A DNA stretch of 63,726 nt, filler included, from Reticulomyxa filosa (taxonomy: Eukaryota; Protista; Foraminifera): NCBI GenBank assembly GCA_000512085.1. It is 20 parts of 20 records of this genome, joined end to end, with 100 filler letters (N's around TTAATTAATTAA, not from the genome) between each part and the next. Parts side by side here need not be neighbours in the genome. Positions count along the whole stretch, not along the records: positions 37,642 to 54,052 come from ASPP01001397.1; 19 more parts are not named here. One strand, given 5' to 3'. A model generated the notes under the pieces. That model worked only from the letters and a program-made list of their open reading frames with translations, did no database searches and had not been told where the DNA came from. Below, in pieces: positions 40,063 to 52,902 of the stretch (position 1 is the first letter of the stretch; the number at the start of each line of letters is the position of its first letter). Both the position numbers and the translations under genes were made by a program.

Positions 40063-41183
40063 AAACTGGAAAATTTAAATGGATTTGTTTTATGTTTCCT
40101 TGACCAGGCAAGGGTCATAACTGACTCCAGAGTTGTAATAACTCAACTCATAAAATAAAACATTCTTTTTTATCCTCAATTTTCTTGTACGTTTTAGTTT
40201 AGCTTAGCTCTCTTTCTTGCATCTCTCTACAACGTGCTTTCTCGCTCCAGATTCTCTATATGTATAATGCTGCAATTTGAGTATACATTAAATAATCCGC
40301 TTAAATGCAATAAAAAATATTATTCATAATTGTTACTTTTTTTCTGTTAAATGTTTTACCAATAACGCGACAGAAAAATGTAATTTTTTGTTATTGAACT
40401 CACATAAGCAAAAGATTATTGTATTGCGGTAAATAAGTTACTAATTGTTGTACGAAAAAATATTAGTCTTTTAAAAGAAAAAACGTTTTATGTTTGCGCT
40501 TTTGCGTATAAGTAAAAATTATGCAACAAAAAACTTACAACCAACTAACCACATGGTATTTTGCATTTGAAAGGTTTATGCTATGTTTGCATAAACCAAT
40601 TTCGTTTTGTTGTCATTTTCTTACTTACTTGAGCATACTGTGTAATACAGAAACAAAGAAGTAGAAACATTAAAAAAAGCGAATTCATCAAAGATAATAC
40701 GGTGACATTACATTATTATAATATCTAAAAAATGTTTAATATTTAGAATTCTACATCACTGGCAATTTCTAAATACTTCATTTGCTTGTGTAAACAGGAT
40801 AAATTGAAACTGAGTAGCCTTGTTTTACAGGTCAAGCTGTAAAGCGAGAATATAAGCGATATCTTCAAGGAAAATTTGAACAATTTTTGATGTTTAAATT
40901 ATTCAAAATTCAGATCTACGCGAAAAAGATGAACTGAATGCACTAAATACTACAATTGTATTTGGTCACATCCAACTAAATTTATTTTATGAGCAATTAT
41001 ATTTCACGTGATGTTTCTTTTGAATATGATTAGCAACTTGTATTCGTGACTCAGAAGAGCTCTTTGCTAAAAAAGAAGATAATCTTTGATCAGTCGTAAT
41101 AATTCTGTCAGAAATGACTCTATTTTACTTAAAGAAATCCACAAGAACTGTTATACGCAATGAAAAAGCACACAATTTTACAA

Positions 41184-43435
41184 TTAATCTAAAGGTTTGT
41201 GAGCCAAGAAATATTTGAACATTTTCAAGGCTTGAGCTGGTCTCCATTGTGGTACCCTGTAAAAAAAAAAAATCGAGTTTGGGATTTAAATTTGATGATA
41301 ATTGATTTGTGTAACAAAACAAAAAGGTAAAAAGTAAATCCTAAACATGTGCCCTGCTCCTCTGACAGTGACAAAGGATATTTTGGCATAATCTTTGGTC
41401 CAGCCGGCGATTTGGTTATCCAACATCCAAGTGCGATAGTTGTCATCACCATCGACTCCTTGCAAATCATCGACAAACCACTCATCGCCCAAGAAGTTGC
41501 AAGCCAAATCGGTGTCACCATTGTACACAAATGCGTAGACAGTGCTATCCAGCGCAAAGATGTTTTTGTAGACTTGTTCCATAGTGTCATACAAGGTGGT
41601 GTAGTTCAAAATGTCACTGCAAATGGACCATTGCACCGTCAAAGTCGAAGGAATGTGAATGGCCTGTCTCACCGTCATGTTGTTCAAATAAATATCAGCG
41701 CCCGTGCTGTCCACACAAGCCAAATATTTACAACAAAATATATATTGAGTCACAAACATTTACCAAACATGTGCACGCGCGTGCACGTGTTCTCATTAAA
41801 AAGTGTTATACCTGTCAATGCAAGGAACATTTTCTCTATTTAACAATATATGATTAAAGGGGGGAAGGGATCAAAAACATAATGCATGTTAATATATATT
41901 ATAATAAAATAACTTTTCATCAACAAAAGAGATCAATGAAATAATTATGCCTCCCTCTCTCCCCCTTTTTTTTAACTGTAATCTTTGCAAGTAGTTGTTA
42001 TTTGTCTTTTCGTGGAATCTGCGGTGCAACAAGGACATATCTCGGGCATATTTCTTGTGTGAAAAGCCTTGCGTGGTCTGCAAGCAGTCGCCATAAATGT
42101 TATACCAGTTCAGTCCACTGTTGTAAATGGCTTCCATCACAACGGCGTAATCTGCCGCGCAGGCCGGCTTGTCCGAATCGAACGGGCAGTTTTGACGGGT
42201 GTAAGGCGTCTTGCAACAGTTCTCAAGCAGCGAGTTCCACAACTGCTCTGACACTAATCCATGATGATATGCGTACCACACACTGCTATCGTCATTGTCG
42301 GGATAAGATGACAATCCATTTCCAACTTTTTTTTTTTTTTTTTATATCCACTTGTTTACACTTCTTTCCCCTTCCTCCCTTTCTGTGTGAACTTTTCTTG
42401 CTCACCTGCAAATGCTTGCAAATTAATGTGCACTCCTTCATTGTTGGCATTGCCTTGTAAAAGTCTTAACACGAGTGTTGGGACGTATATACCTATAAAA
42501 AAAGGGGGTGGGGGACCAACATTTCAAACACCAAAGTTCAACTGGACAAAAAAAAAAACAAACCTCCGTACGATTCGCCCGTAACATAGAATTTGCGGCC
42601 AACATAATTCTAAGATTGATTGTTATTGTGTGATTGTTGGTTGGAAAATGTATATCACAAAAGACCAACTGGTTGTTCAGTCAAGTTTTGAAGGAAAACA
42701 TACAACAACTATTTCGAGCTGTTTTTCAATTAACTGGAAACTTGTTAAACCAAACCAACAAAGCATGGTAGTTGTCATCTGCCGTGGTGTTGTCGTTCAT
42801 TACGTAAACGCCGTCATTGCTGTTATCACACATTTGGAGGTTATTACATACACACGATTTCAAAAAAAAAAAAAAGGGAGCAAATTAATTATTTCGGCAA
42901 AATATTTTTCGCACAAAAAAAGTCATATGAGTGATATAAAAAAGTGTATCATTACAACCGCCAAACCTGTAGGAAAAGCCGACGCCGATCGGTGCTTCCA
43001 AGTAAATGACATTCGAGTACAGGTTCCACGCGTATGTGTTGTTGTACAAATTGCCTGAGTCGTCGACGTGGATCGGACCGTGTTCGTATAAGAGGCCGTC
43101 CAAAGACGAGCATCCTGGACCACCGTTCACTACGTGTCCCCCCAAAAAAAATACACTTGTGTGAGGACATAGAAACACTGTTTTGTGTATTTTAGGCAAT
43201 ATGCATTCTACTAACTCCACAGTGTCACTGGATCCGTGGCTGGATCGTTTTGCGACTCGAAAAACCAATAGTGCAGATTGTGATGGTTGGACAAAGTCAA
43301 ATAGCCACTGTACATGTTGTACGGAACTGACCACGTAAGTCCTGGCAAATTGGTGATCAAATCTGCCGTCGGGCCACCTTGTGCGGCAGCATAAGAAAAA
43401 AGACCTGCCAAACTTAAAGATAATCCAGCAAGCAT
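41184..43435 (-). CDS. Serine carboxypeptidase, family S10 (cathepsin A-like), multi-exon
   Basis: Signal peptide; YSGYL...[12 protein letters not shown]; [18 protein letters not shown]; FYVTGESYG; [10 protein letters not shown]; TVRGAGHM|[13 protein letters not shown]. Confidence 0.95.
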
Positions 43436-44439
43436 TGTTTTCAGATGGCTAGTACAGATCACAAGAAAAAAAGAAAGAGGAAAAAAGCTTGGAAAACAGT
43501 TTCCCTTCAACTCTTCTGCCACTAAAGTCCTTGCATAAAGTTAGTTATATGCCTTAAAGCATTAGCACAAAAGCGAATCAATCGCTTTTTATGTTTTATA
43601 CAGATTTGTCAATTGAAAACATAAATTCAAATTCAAAGCCACCGATTATTGTATTTTCATTTGGTCGTAATGACAAAATTACGTACAGTGTGGATTTTCC
43701 TGCTGAAAGAGGTGCGCAAACTGTAATACGAAAGGTTTTCGCTCTTTTGAGCAATTTAAAACAAAAGATTAATGATTTAAATAAAAGAGAAAACAAACAA
43801 CAAGATTCAACAAGTGAAAGAGGAAAGACAAGTCGTGAAAGTGAGTATTGTGTTGTTAGAATAAAGGGTTCCAAAGTTCACTTGTAGTGCGAGAACTACT
43901 TATTACGACATCATGAGTACTACATTAGTCACACGATTTTATTCAGATAATTGACGTACTAAACATCGTGTGGTGTACAAATACAATTTGCAATTTAGAT
44001 TTGTTATTAATCGCTGCAGTAATGAAAATAAAAACAGATGCCAAGCAATACTAATTAGAAATTGACGCAGAAAATAAATTATATTACCACCAACATATTT
44101 TCTTTGCCATTTACTGAACTTTTATCTTCTTATAACATAGATGTTGCGATTTTGTAGCAATTATAACATTAACTAAAGATTTTTTTAGTCAGTATTAATC
44201 TACTTTTGCCTATTACACATGACTGAACCCTTATGGAACTTGTTTGTGATTGAATCAACACGAAGAAAAAATTATTTGATTATTCAGCACTGAATTCAAG
44301 TATTAAAGATTAAAGTATTATGTGTCCATTATTTCAATAAGCCTGTTTTCGATTATGTTATGCACGCTTTCTTTTTTTATTCAATGTCAGACAAATATTT
44401 ATTACTAACCACCTAAAACGCCACCTTATATAGAGATCG

Positions 44440-44865
44440 ACTTTCTTCATGAAAAAAGAACATAATTTTTTTAAATATATACAAATCGTGTAGTTTTTAA
44501 ATATCATTTTGGTTTTTTATTAAATCTTTCATAATTATTTAAAAAATTTGAATATTTATTGATTTTTGAAAAATTTTCGAGAAAAAGGTTGACATCTTGA
44601 CTTTGTCGTAACTATGAAATTTGCCAACATTTTTTAAAGTATTTTCAGAAAGTGCTAAATGCGTAATTCTTTTTAAAAAATAAAAATGATTAAGAAACAC
44701 AAAGATCGAACTATGCTTAGCTAAAAAAAAAATAATAAAATAAAGGAAGAAATATTGAAATAATTATTAAATATTTAATAAAAACCAAAAGATATTTAAA
44801 GAATACACGATTTATAGATATTTTAAAAAATTAGGTCTGTATGTTGTTTTTTCATGGAAAATCAA
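44440..44865. mobile_element. MITE-like/fold-back element with about 100-bp imperfect inverted repeats
   Basis: About 44448-44542 (catgaaaaaagaacat...aaatcgtgtagtttttaaatatcattttggttttttattaaat) is an imperfect reverse complement of about 44756-44856. Confidence 0.6.
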
Positions 44866-44879
44866 ACATCAATATAATG

Positions 44880-45355
44880 TACTGTTTTATTTGTCAGCTT
44901 TACTTTGCATTCTACTGTAAATTATCCATTTTTGACATATTTTGATCATCTTCTATGTAAATACATTCACAGTATATACTAGCATTGTATGGAGTATTGA
45001 TCATTCAATATTTGATGGTAATCAATTCATTTGTTCTGGATCAGGATAGTGTGGAGTTTATTTATGGTATATTGATAGCAAAAAATAAGTTCAAATATTA
45101 ATACAACGTTCAGATCCTGTGTATTGTGTGAAATTTTCATCATATTATTATCGTAATAAACGTCGAAAGTCTATTTGTTATTCATCAAACAAAATAATTC
45201 GTGTTTGGGATATTCGATAAAAGAAAAATGAATTATATATTGTTTTAAATTTATATCATTGAAAAAGGAATTTCATTATAATGAATAAAAATCAAATGAT
45301 TGTGTAATTAACTTATGTTATGGTACAGGAAATAGCGTCATATATGCTTGGGTAT
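44880..45355 (+). pseudogene. WD40-repeat family pseudogene
   Basis: NTFTVYTSIVWSIDHSIFDGNQFICSGSG*CGVYLWYID...VYCVKFSSYYY...IIRVWDIR...CVINLCYG; stops and an apparent internal deletion. Confidence 0.8.
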
Positions 45356-45721
45356 AAATATATGGATGAATTTACTACAACTTTGTTAAGTGAAACGACA
45401 TAGATAAAGTTTGTTTTTGATTTCGACTTTCCAATTCATTCATTTTAATATTTTTTTTTTCTTTTAATCAAATCATGGCTGTACAAATTAACGAAATAAG
45501 ATGAACTAAAAAATTTCATGTAAAAGAGTAAATAAGTCTTGACATGAGGAAACATTATTATTCTGCTTCAGCAAACTTGTATATTACTCGGCTCCATAAA
45601 AGCAAATAAAATAGTTTTCATACACAATAATTTTTCAACAAAAGAAAATGCATATTGACCCAAAGAAAAAGTAATATGTATTTCAAAAAAACCAAACAAG
45701 ATACCGGCAAAACAAAAAAAC

Positions 45722-48700
45722 CTACTCTTTTGGCGTTAATAATGTTATGACTTGTTGTGACTTGCCTAAGCGACGAGCCATTTCCAGTGGTGTTTCTCCC
45801 ATCTGTTGTGAACATTTTATTTAATTTTTTTTTAGCCTTTTGAGAAAGTCAAGTTTGTGTGAGCAAGTAAAACAAACTTGATTATTTGTCATCTTCAACA
45901 ATTGTGTCCATATGGTGGCATCAATATGGCTTTGGAGCACCGTCAAGGTATCTTTTTCACTGCGAGAGCGACCTTGCAAACTTAAATGAAGAATGTTATT
46001 TCCATAATCCAAATGATTTTTCTATCGGCACAGACCAGATAACAAACAATAGAAAAAAAATTCACATGAGGGGGAGGGGGGAAGTGAGGAAAAAAAAAAA
46101 AGAAGATAACATTGACAGTAGCTTTCCAAAAAGTTTCATCACTATTCTTTGGAATAAGTGCCAACAAGATCTTCTTATTAATTTCAGATGACATTGTTAT
46201 AGCCCACATCAATGGTGTAAATCCAAGCTAAAGCAAAAAAAAAAAAGAGTGAGTACGTCGAATTGAACAAAAAGTCGAGCTGTTGTATCTTAATTATGTT
46301 TATAGTATTATCGTTGTTGTTGTTGTTGTTGTTGTTGTTAACTTACGGTGTCTGTTGTAGCAAGCATTTTTTGCCACGATTGTACAGGAGCATATTCTTG
46401 CAATGTGGACAAGCGTGTCCATACACGTAATTTCGGATGTTCAAATAAGAGATGCAACAGGGTTTTTCCCATCTAAAGGGAGCATATTTGTATGTAATGT
46501 GTAAGAGATCAAGATTTATACAAAAACAAACAAATAAACAAACAAAATGATCATTGCATCTTTTGTTCCAAAATCCTTCAATGTCGTCGATATTGGTGGG
46601 AATGAGTGCTTTGATAAGATCGCTGTGAAGATCAGAGCGCCACAGCACCGCTTGCATCAAAGGAGTGAAGCCTTGCTATAAGACGAGCATGCAAGTGTGA
46701 GTGAATGCATGTTGCATGTTGCATGTTGCATGTTGCATGAAGAAGAAAGGCCAATATATGTGTCATTCGTTAACATTGGTTTCTTGCGTTTGGATTAAAG
46801 TGTTCCACACGCGATCGTCGGTGATGTACTTTTTCAATAGACCCAGTATCTCTGAGAACGTAATGCGATTATTTCTCACGCCAAAGTCAATGCAAGACAT
46901 TTGATACTATTTTCACAACAATAACAACAATAAAAAGGAGGAGAATGAATAGAGTAAACAAAAGCAAAGAAAGAAACAGTGTTGGTGGAGTGCCAGATGG
47001 TCGGAATAGCGGACGACGACGACGACGACGACGACGACGGAACAAAGAGTTCAATATTGCGAGTGGATGGCTGTTTCCACAGGGCGTACATGAGAGGGAA
47101 GGCGCCCTCTTTGCAAGGAACTAAGAGCTGATGCTGCACGACGTGCTCGGGTATGTAGCGTTTGCTATGCAGCAATTCGTGAGCGCAGTGGAATTGGATG
47201 TCGCTGCTATTGGCCATTTGCGCAACAAAGTTCTTGCCATCGGCGCCGGTGCGCTTGAGAATGAGCTGCGAAGTGGCAAAAGAAGAAGGAAAGAAGAGCA
47301 TAAGTGGAGTGAGTGACGAAACATTGAAACCGGCGAGTTGCAATTGAAAGTCAAAGTGGTTCAATCGAATCTGTTGCAAAGATCCGCGAATGAACTCTTC
47401 TTGACGCGATATCTCATACATTTGATGTTGCTGTTGTTTCCATGACGCCATGGAATCGAGCAAGAACTGCACTTCGCCGACAATGCTTTCGCCGTCATTG
47501 TGAATATATACGATATTTACTTTGATGTCTTTGTATTCGCTTGGAATGGCAATGTTCAATCGACGACTGTAAAGTGCTTGTGTAGACACATCTGCACGAG
47601 GAGTACTCGCTTCGAAACCATTCTTGATACGCATTACATCCAACGTATGACCGAGATATTTGCTTAATTCCTTTTCAAAGTGCAACAGACCATCGCGCAG
47701 ATGCACGATACTGAGGAAATTGACCTGACAGCGCACCACGTCGATAATATGTGCCGACTTGGGAAACTTGCTGTTCCTGTAGTCGACCTGCGCCTTCATC
47801 TTGGAACGCTCGTGACCCTTGATAGGTCCACTCACAAACTTGCAGCCGTGACATCGCGCAAAGATGCCGCGCATGCAATACTGGAACGAGGAGTTCATCT
47901 TATGTGCACGTGTGAGCAGGTGGTGCAGATATATGTCAAAGTCGTACGTATGTTTGGGTTGGAATAACACATCGTCGCTCTTCATTTGAATATGCAATAG
48001 CTCAGTCTCACTCACTGTCGATTGCAGTCCGTCTTCTTGTCTCTCGTCTTGTCGCCAACGCGACTTGTGCGAATATCGCGCGTCAATCTTCACTGACTCC
48101 AATCTCCAATTGCATATCTCCAAAAACTCCTCCTCGTTCCGCTCAATTTCCTCTTTCAACTCCTGTTCAAACTTTTTCATCCCCAGGGTCACTTCGCTAT
48201 CGCAAATCGATTGAACCTGTTTCCAAGGAGTGTTTACCGTTGTTTCATTTGCATGTTTATTTGCATGTTCATTTGCATGTTCAATTGCATGTTCATTTGC
48301 ATGTCATTTGCATGTTGTCTTTCTTCATCTTCTTTCTTTTTCTTCTTTTCTCGTCTGAGTTAACATGCTCGTGAAGCCAAATCAACAACTCACGATTATC
48401 CAATACATATGTTTTCAATCCACTTCCAATCGTTGGGACGACTCGACAGCGTTTGCATGTTCAACAGCTGCTTGCACTTGGCGAACATGACATCGGACAG
48501 TTGGGACGAGTCGTAGAGCCAACACAGGTTGAACACATCGCTGACAATGACCATGCGTTGTTGGATCATGTGCTTCATCGTCCTACACAATGCATCCATC
48601 ACTGTCTTGAACTCGGTCGCACTCGTCTGCTCCTTCAAACATGACATCAGCTGCTCGCTCTTCGATCTCTCTGTCAAATATCTCAGCGCGTACTCTCGCA

Positions 48701-49521
48701 TCGTCTTATCTTTTTCGTCTACGTACATCGAACTCATCAACAGCTTTATCCCGTCCGTGTTTTGCACACGCATCGCTATCTCCAATGCTCCGGTCCACTT
48801 CTCCCTGTTCTCGTCCAGTTTTATCATTCCCGACTCTAACAAGTAGCGCGCACATTTTATGTTGCCCACGCCCCTCACGTGTAACAAATGGGCCAGGATA
48901 TTGTACTGTTATTTGTCCGTTTGTCTACTTATTACATTATATATACATGTATACATATATAACATATATAACATATATGCATATATACATACTGTGAAAC
49001 GCTTATATTTAAATGGTCTCTCAAAATTACTTGCTGCTTGGCATTGTATCTTTCCAAAAGACTTATAAACAATGCCTCGTTTTTTTCCTCTGCAAAATCA
49101 CACGCATACGTCAAAATCAGATCCTTTTTTTTTTTTTTTTTTTTAAGAAATAATAATAATAAATTGTTGTTGGGTGTTCGTTACAATATGTGCGTGTCAC
49201 TTGGCCAAAAAAAAAATAAATAAATAAATACACAACTGATTTTTCTGTCTTGTCCGACAGACTGTCAATCTCGCTGATCCTTCGCATGTATAATGCGTCT
49301 TCGATTTGATTCTCTTTACTCATTTTCGTGTTGCTGTTCACAATGTCCTGAATCACCAAGTTCGGATTGCCATTAGCCTTTTTCAGCTTCTCTTGCAGCT
49401 CTTCTTCACTTAACACGTCTGCAAACAATACTTTCAACGCGTTCAAAGTCTTCAGAGCTTTATCTTGATTTGCTTCTTCTCTCTGTTCTTGTTTTTGTTC
49501 TTGTTCTTTTTCGTTCTCCAT
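45722..49521 (-). CDS. Ankyrin-like repeat protein with a RelA/SpoT-like nucleotidyltransferase domain (multi-exon; apparent frameshifts near 48250-48420)
   Basis: GPIKGHERSKMK...DY...IIDVVRC...MRIKNGF...EYKDIKVNI...GEVQF...HQMYE; ankyrin-like motifs GFTPLMWA, GNNILHL, GETPLEMA; CUE/UBA-like N-terminal helix set. Confidence 0.75.
48243..48316. repeat. Tandem 12-mer (ttcatttgcatg)x~6, encoding EHAN-like repeats on the minus strand
   Basis: Read directly; one unit is 11 nt. Confidence 0.8.
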
Positions 49522-50374
49522 TTTAATTTCAAATTGTGAAAACGCCCTCCCCTCGTTGGCTGTTTCCAAAAAAAAAAACACGCCAGAAACAAGATAGTGA
49601 TCCTAAAAATGGATAATTGCGTAGCTTTAATGTAAAAGACTATATAATTAAACACTTTTTATTTTTATTTTTGATAATTGAAACGCTCTTGTATTACAAC
49701 TTCAGACTTAAATTTCATAAATTGATAACCTTGTGAATTGTATTGTTATTTTTAATCTTTTAAAACTTTTTTTTTGTCTATTTAATATTGAATAATAAAC
49801 TGCAACATTAATCTTAATTGATCCAAAGCCCGACGATTTCATGAAATTTATTATTATATTTCGATAACTGATAAAATTGTAACAAATTGTAATCAAGAAT
49901 GCTCCCTTAAACAAACAACAACACCAAACCAGAAAGTAGATTTTCAATATAAAATTGCTTACTGGTGTATTCAAGTATACTGAAGAAAATTTTTGGAAAT
50001 TTCAGCAAAAATCTGTACATTATTCATATTTTCAAAAGATATCATATAATCGACAAAAAGTTTCTGACCATTTCGAACTAGTAAATTTAATAGGATTCTA
50101 CCTATCTAAGAAAACGTATCCAACTTGCAAATGCCTATGGGAAGATGATTGAAAAAGTTTAAGTCTGACCCTGATCAGAAGTAAACTTTAGCAAGGAAAA
50201 AAAAAAGTGTAGAAGAGTGTCAACAGAAGCAAAATTTGACAAAATGGAAGTAATATATACAGAATGAATAGGGAAGCTTCCTTCAGGATGTCGAAAACTC
50301 TTAGTTCCTTCCCCAAACTTTTTTCACTTAAAAAAAAAATAAATAATTGGATTGATATCAAGTGACAAGAAGAA

Positions 50375-52249
50375 ATGCAAGTAACGGATCGTGATGAGCG
50401 CAAAAAAGCGCTGGATGAAGCAAAGAAAAGGTTGGAGACACGAAAGCGCGAAAGAGAACAATTGCGACAGTTGCGCGACCAGAGAAAGCAAGGACAAACA
50501 GTGAAGCCAAAAGACTACGGGCAAACAATAGTAGCAGAGACGGAGCAGTCGATCAACCGTTGGCAAAAGCCGCCCGAGGAGCCAGTAGTGGCCTCACCAG
50601 CAGCGAATGCGCCAGCAGCACCAGGAAGACGAGTGCAAATGTCGGAAGTGGGGAACATCAACACGCAGGACATTGCAAAGCGTGAGAAAGAGACATACGA
50701 AAAGGGTGTGGCAACAGATGCGATCGAGATTGCACAAGACGCGGAGATCATATCGGAGAATGCAAAGGAAGAGGAATTGGAAGCAATGTTGCGAGAGTTT
50801 ATGTCGGAGAAGATTAAGCCATGGCCACCCAAGTCAAAGCAGCAACAACAGCAACAAGGATCAAGCGCGAGCAAAGAAAAAGATGAGCATTTGGAACAAG
50901 TGATCGACTTATCAGTGGAAGACGATATCGCGGATAATAGCAACGCAGTGAGCGAGACAGTGTTGACGAATGAGGCGGTGGAGACGCTGTGGTCGTCGAA
51001 GGACTTCCAACAGTCGTTTACGATCAAGACGCGATGGATGGAGCGCTGCTTGGGTGTGAACGATGAACACAGCCTATTTTGGGAATTGGACGAGGATCGA
51101 GGTGGCAAAGACAAGGAGGACCAGCAGGAGTCGTTGAAACTGAAACAAGAGTTTGTCATTAGCGAATGGAACAAAAATGCGAATAATCGAAGAGCCGTGT
51201 GCGACTTGGACTGCTCGAATTTAAATCCCGATCTTTTTTTAACCAGCTATGCCAGTAATGACAATCTGGTCGGGTCGCCCAATGGCACTGTCGCCGTGTG
51301 GAACTTTATGCTGCCTAACAAACCTGAATACTTGCTGGAATCCCAGTCCATGGTCACTGTCGCCAAGTTCCATCCTATCAATGCCTTTATCATTTTGGGC
51401 GCTACCATGAGTGGACAGATTTTGGCTTGGGATGTCCGTGCGAAATCAACTCCGCAATTTCGATCGCGAAGTGGCCATTCCTCCCCGGTGTATTCTTTGC
51501 AGTTCTTACCCACTCATCATCGCAAAATGCTGCCGTTTTTGACTGTTTCCAACGACGGCAAAATTTGCAATTGGAATGAGGAAATACTGGTGGAGCCCCA
51601 GTCTCAATCCACTATCAAAACCAAAGAAAACAGACCCGATGAAATCCCCACCACTTGCTTCTCTTTTCCTTTGAAAGATTCCAAGGCTGTTATTCTCGGG
51701 TGCGACGAAGGACATTTGTACAAATGCGATATCCTTTTGCAGAACAAAGAACTGCCCGTTGATCACAAAATCGATGAGGCACACTTTGGCCCCATTACAA
51801 ATGTTGAATTTCATCCACCAGCTAAAAAAGCTGGAAGACACATGGACATGCTATTCTTGACCAGCTCTTACGATTGGACTGTGAAATTGTGGCACTTGGG
51901 AAAGAACAAACCTTCTGAGGTCGCCTTGTTCCGCGATATGCAAGACTATGTGTACGACGTGAAATGGAGTCCTTCTCATCCCGCCGTATTCGCTTGTGGC
52001 GATGGCAGTGGCAAAATCACTTTGTTCGATCTCAACTATGACTTTGAATCACCTGTCAATGAACCCTTCCAGTCCTCTCCCAATGGATCCATATCCAAAA
52101 TATGCTTTGCCAAAGAAGGTAAGAATTTGTTGGCGGGTGACAGTCAGGGAGTCGTTCGACTTTACGACGTAAGCTCAAATCTTCATGATGCTTCAGAAGA
52201 AGATTTCAGAACTTTTGAGGAAGCTATTCAACGTCGAATACCTAAGTAG
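50375..52249 (+). CDS. Cytoplasmic dynein intermediate chain (WD40)
   Basis: N-terminal coiled coil, ETYEKGVAT light-chain-binding-like motif, WD40 repeats AHFGPIT...FLTSSYDWTVKLW, DYVYDVKWSPSHPAVFACGDGSG. Confidence 0.92.
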   Translation: MQVTDRDERKKALDEAKKRLETRKREREQLRQLRDQRKQGQTVKPKDYGQTIVAETEQSINRWQKPPEEPVVASPAANAPAAPGRRVQMSEVGNINTQDIAKREKETYEKGVATDAIEIAQDAEIISENAKEEELEAMLREFMSEKIKPWPPKSKQQQQQQGSSASKEKDEHLEQVIDLSVEDDIADNSNAVSETVLTNEAVETLWSSKDFQQSFTIKTRWMERCLGVNDEHSLFWELDEDRGGKDKEDQQESLKLKQEFVISEWNKNANNRRAVCDLDCSNLNPDLFLTSYASNDNLVGSPNGTVAVWNFMLPNKPEYLLESQSMVTVAKFHPINAFIILGATMSGQILAWDVRAKSTPQFRSRSGHSSPVYSLQFLPTHHRKMLPFLTVSNDGKICNWNEEILVEPQSQSTIKTKENRPDEIPTTCFSFPLKDSKAVILGCDEGHLYKCDILLQNKELPVDHKIDEAHFGPITNVEFHPPAKKAGRHMDMLFLTSSYDWTVKLWHLGKNKPSEVALFRDMQDYVYDVKWSPSHPAVFACGDGSGKITLFDLNYDFESPVNEPFQSSPNGSISKICFAKEGKNLLAGDSQGVVRLYDVSSNLHDASEEDFRTFEEAIQRRIPK

Positions 52250-52902
52250 GAAAATAGATTTCTCCTCCCTACAAAATCCCCTTTAACAAACAAAACACAT
52301 TTTTATATTTCAGCTCTCTTTTCAATTTTTGTTTTTTTTTTAACAAAAATGTATAAAATTTTGACTTGCGGTTTTTGAGGATCCACACAATTCATTCAAT
52401 TTGCTGTGCTTAAATGTGCACAAAAATATTTGAAGAGATCAGTAACTCGTCCACAACGGTTGCTAATACCCTTCATTTTTATTTGTTTTTTTTTTTATAA
52501 TTTTTTTGCTTCACGACAAGAAAATGTCAATGTGGTTATTCTGTCCGCTAATACCTTTTGCTGCATTAAATGCTCACCAAAACAAGAACTAGATCCAAGA
52601 GCTGAATCCGCCCCCCCTCCTTAAATACAAAATATTCTATTTTGTTTTGAAATGCGTGCATGAATTGTCACAAACAGCGATTTTGCGTATGGTTTTTTGT
52701 TTTTTTTGCACCTTGAAATTTTCAGCAAAATTCAGAAAAACTCAGATAATAAAAAAATGCACTGCATTTTATTTAAGTTTTTAAAAATTCCTTTCCAGTT
52801 AATTTTTCAAACATAAATTGGGTACCGTTAAAAATACCAAACATTTTTTATTGAAATAATAGAGAAAGAAAAAGGAAAAAAACAACAGCACCATGTTGTT
52901 TT

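Noticed and set aside
43591-43887. Short ORF with a weak WWE-like YSVDF motif
   Set aside because: Too little similarity to support a call
46707-46740. (gcatgtt)n heptamer repeat
   Set aside because: Short intronic microsatellite, typical of this genome
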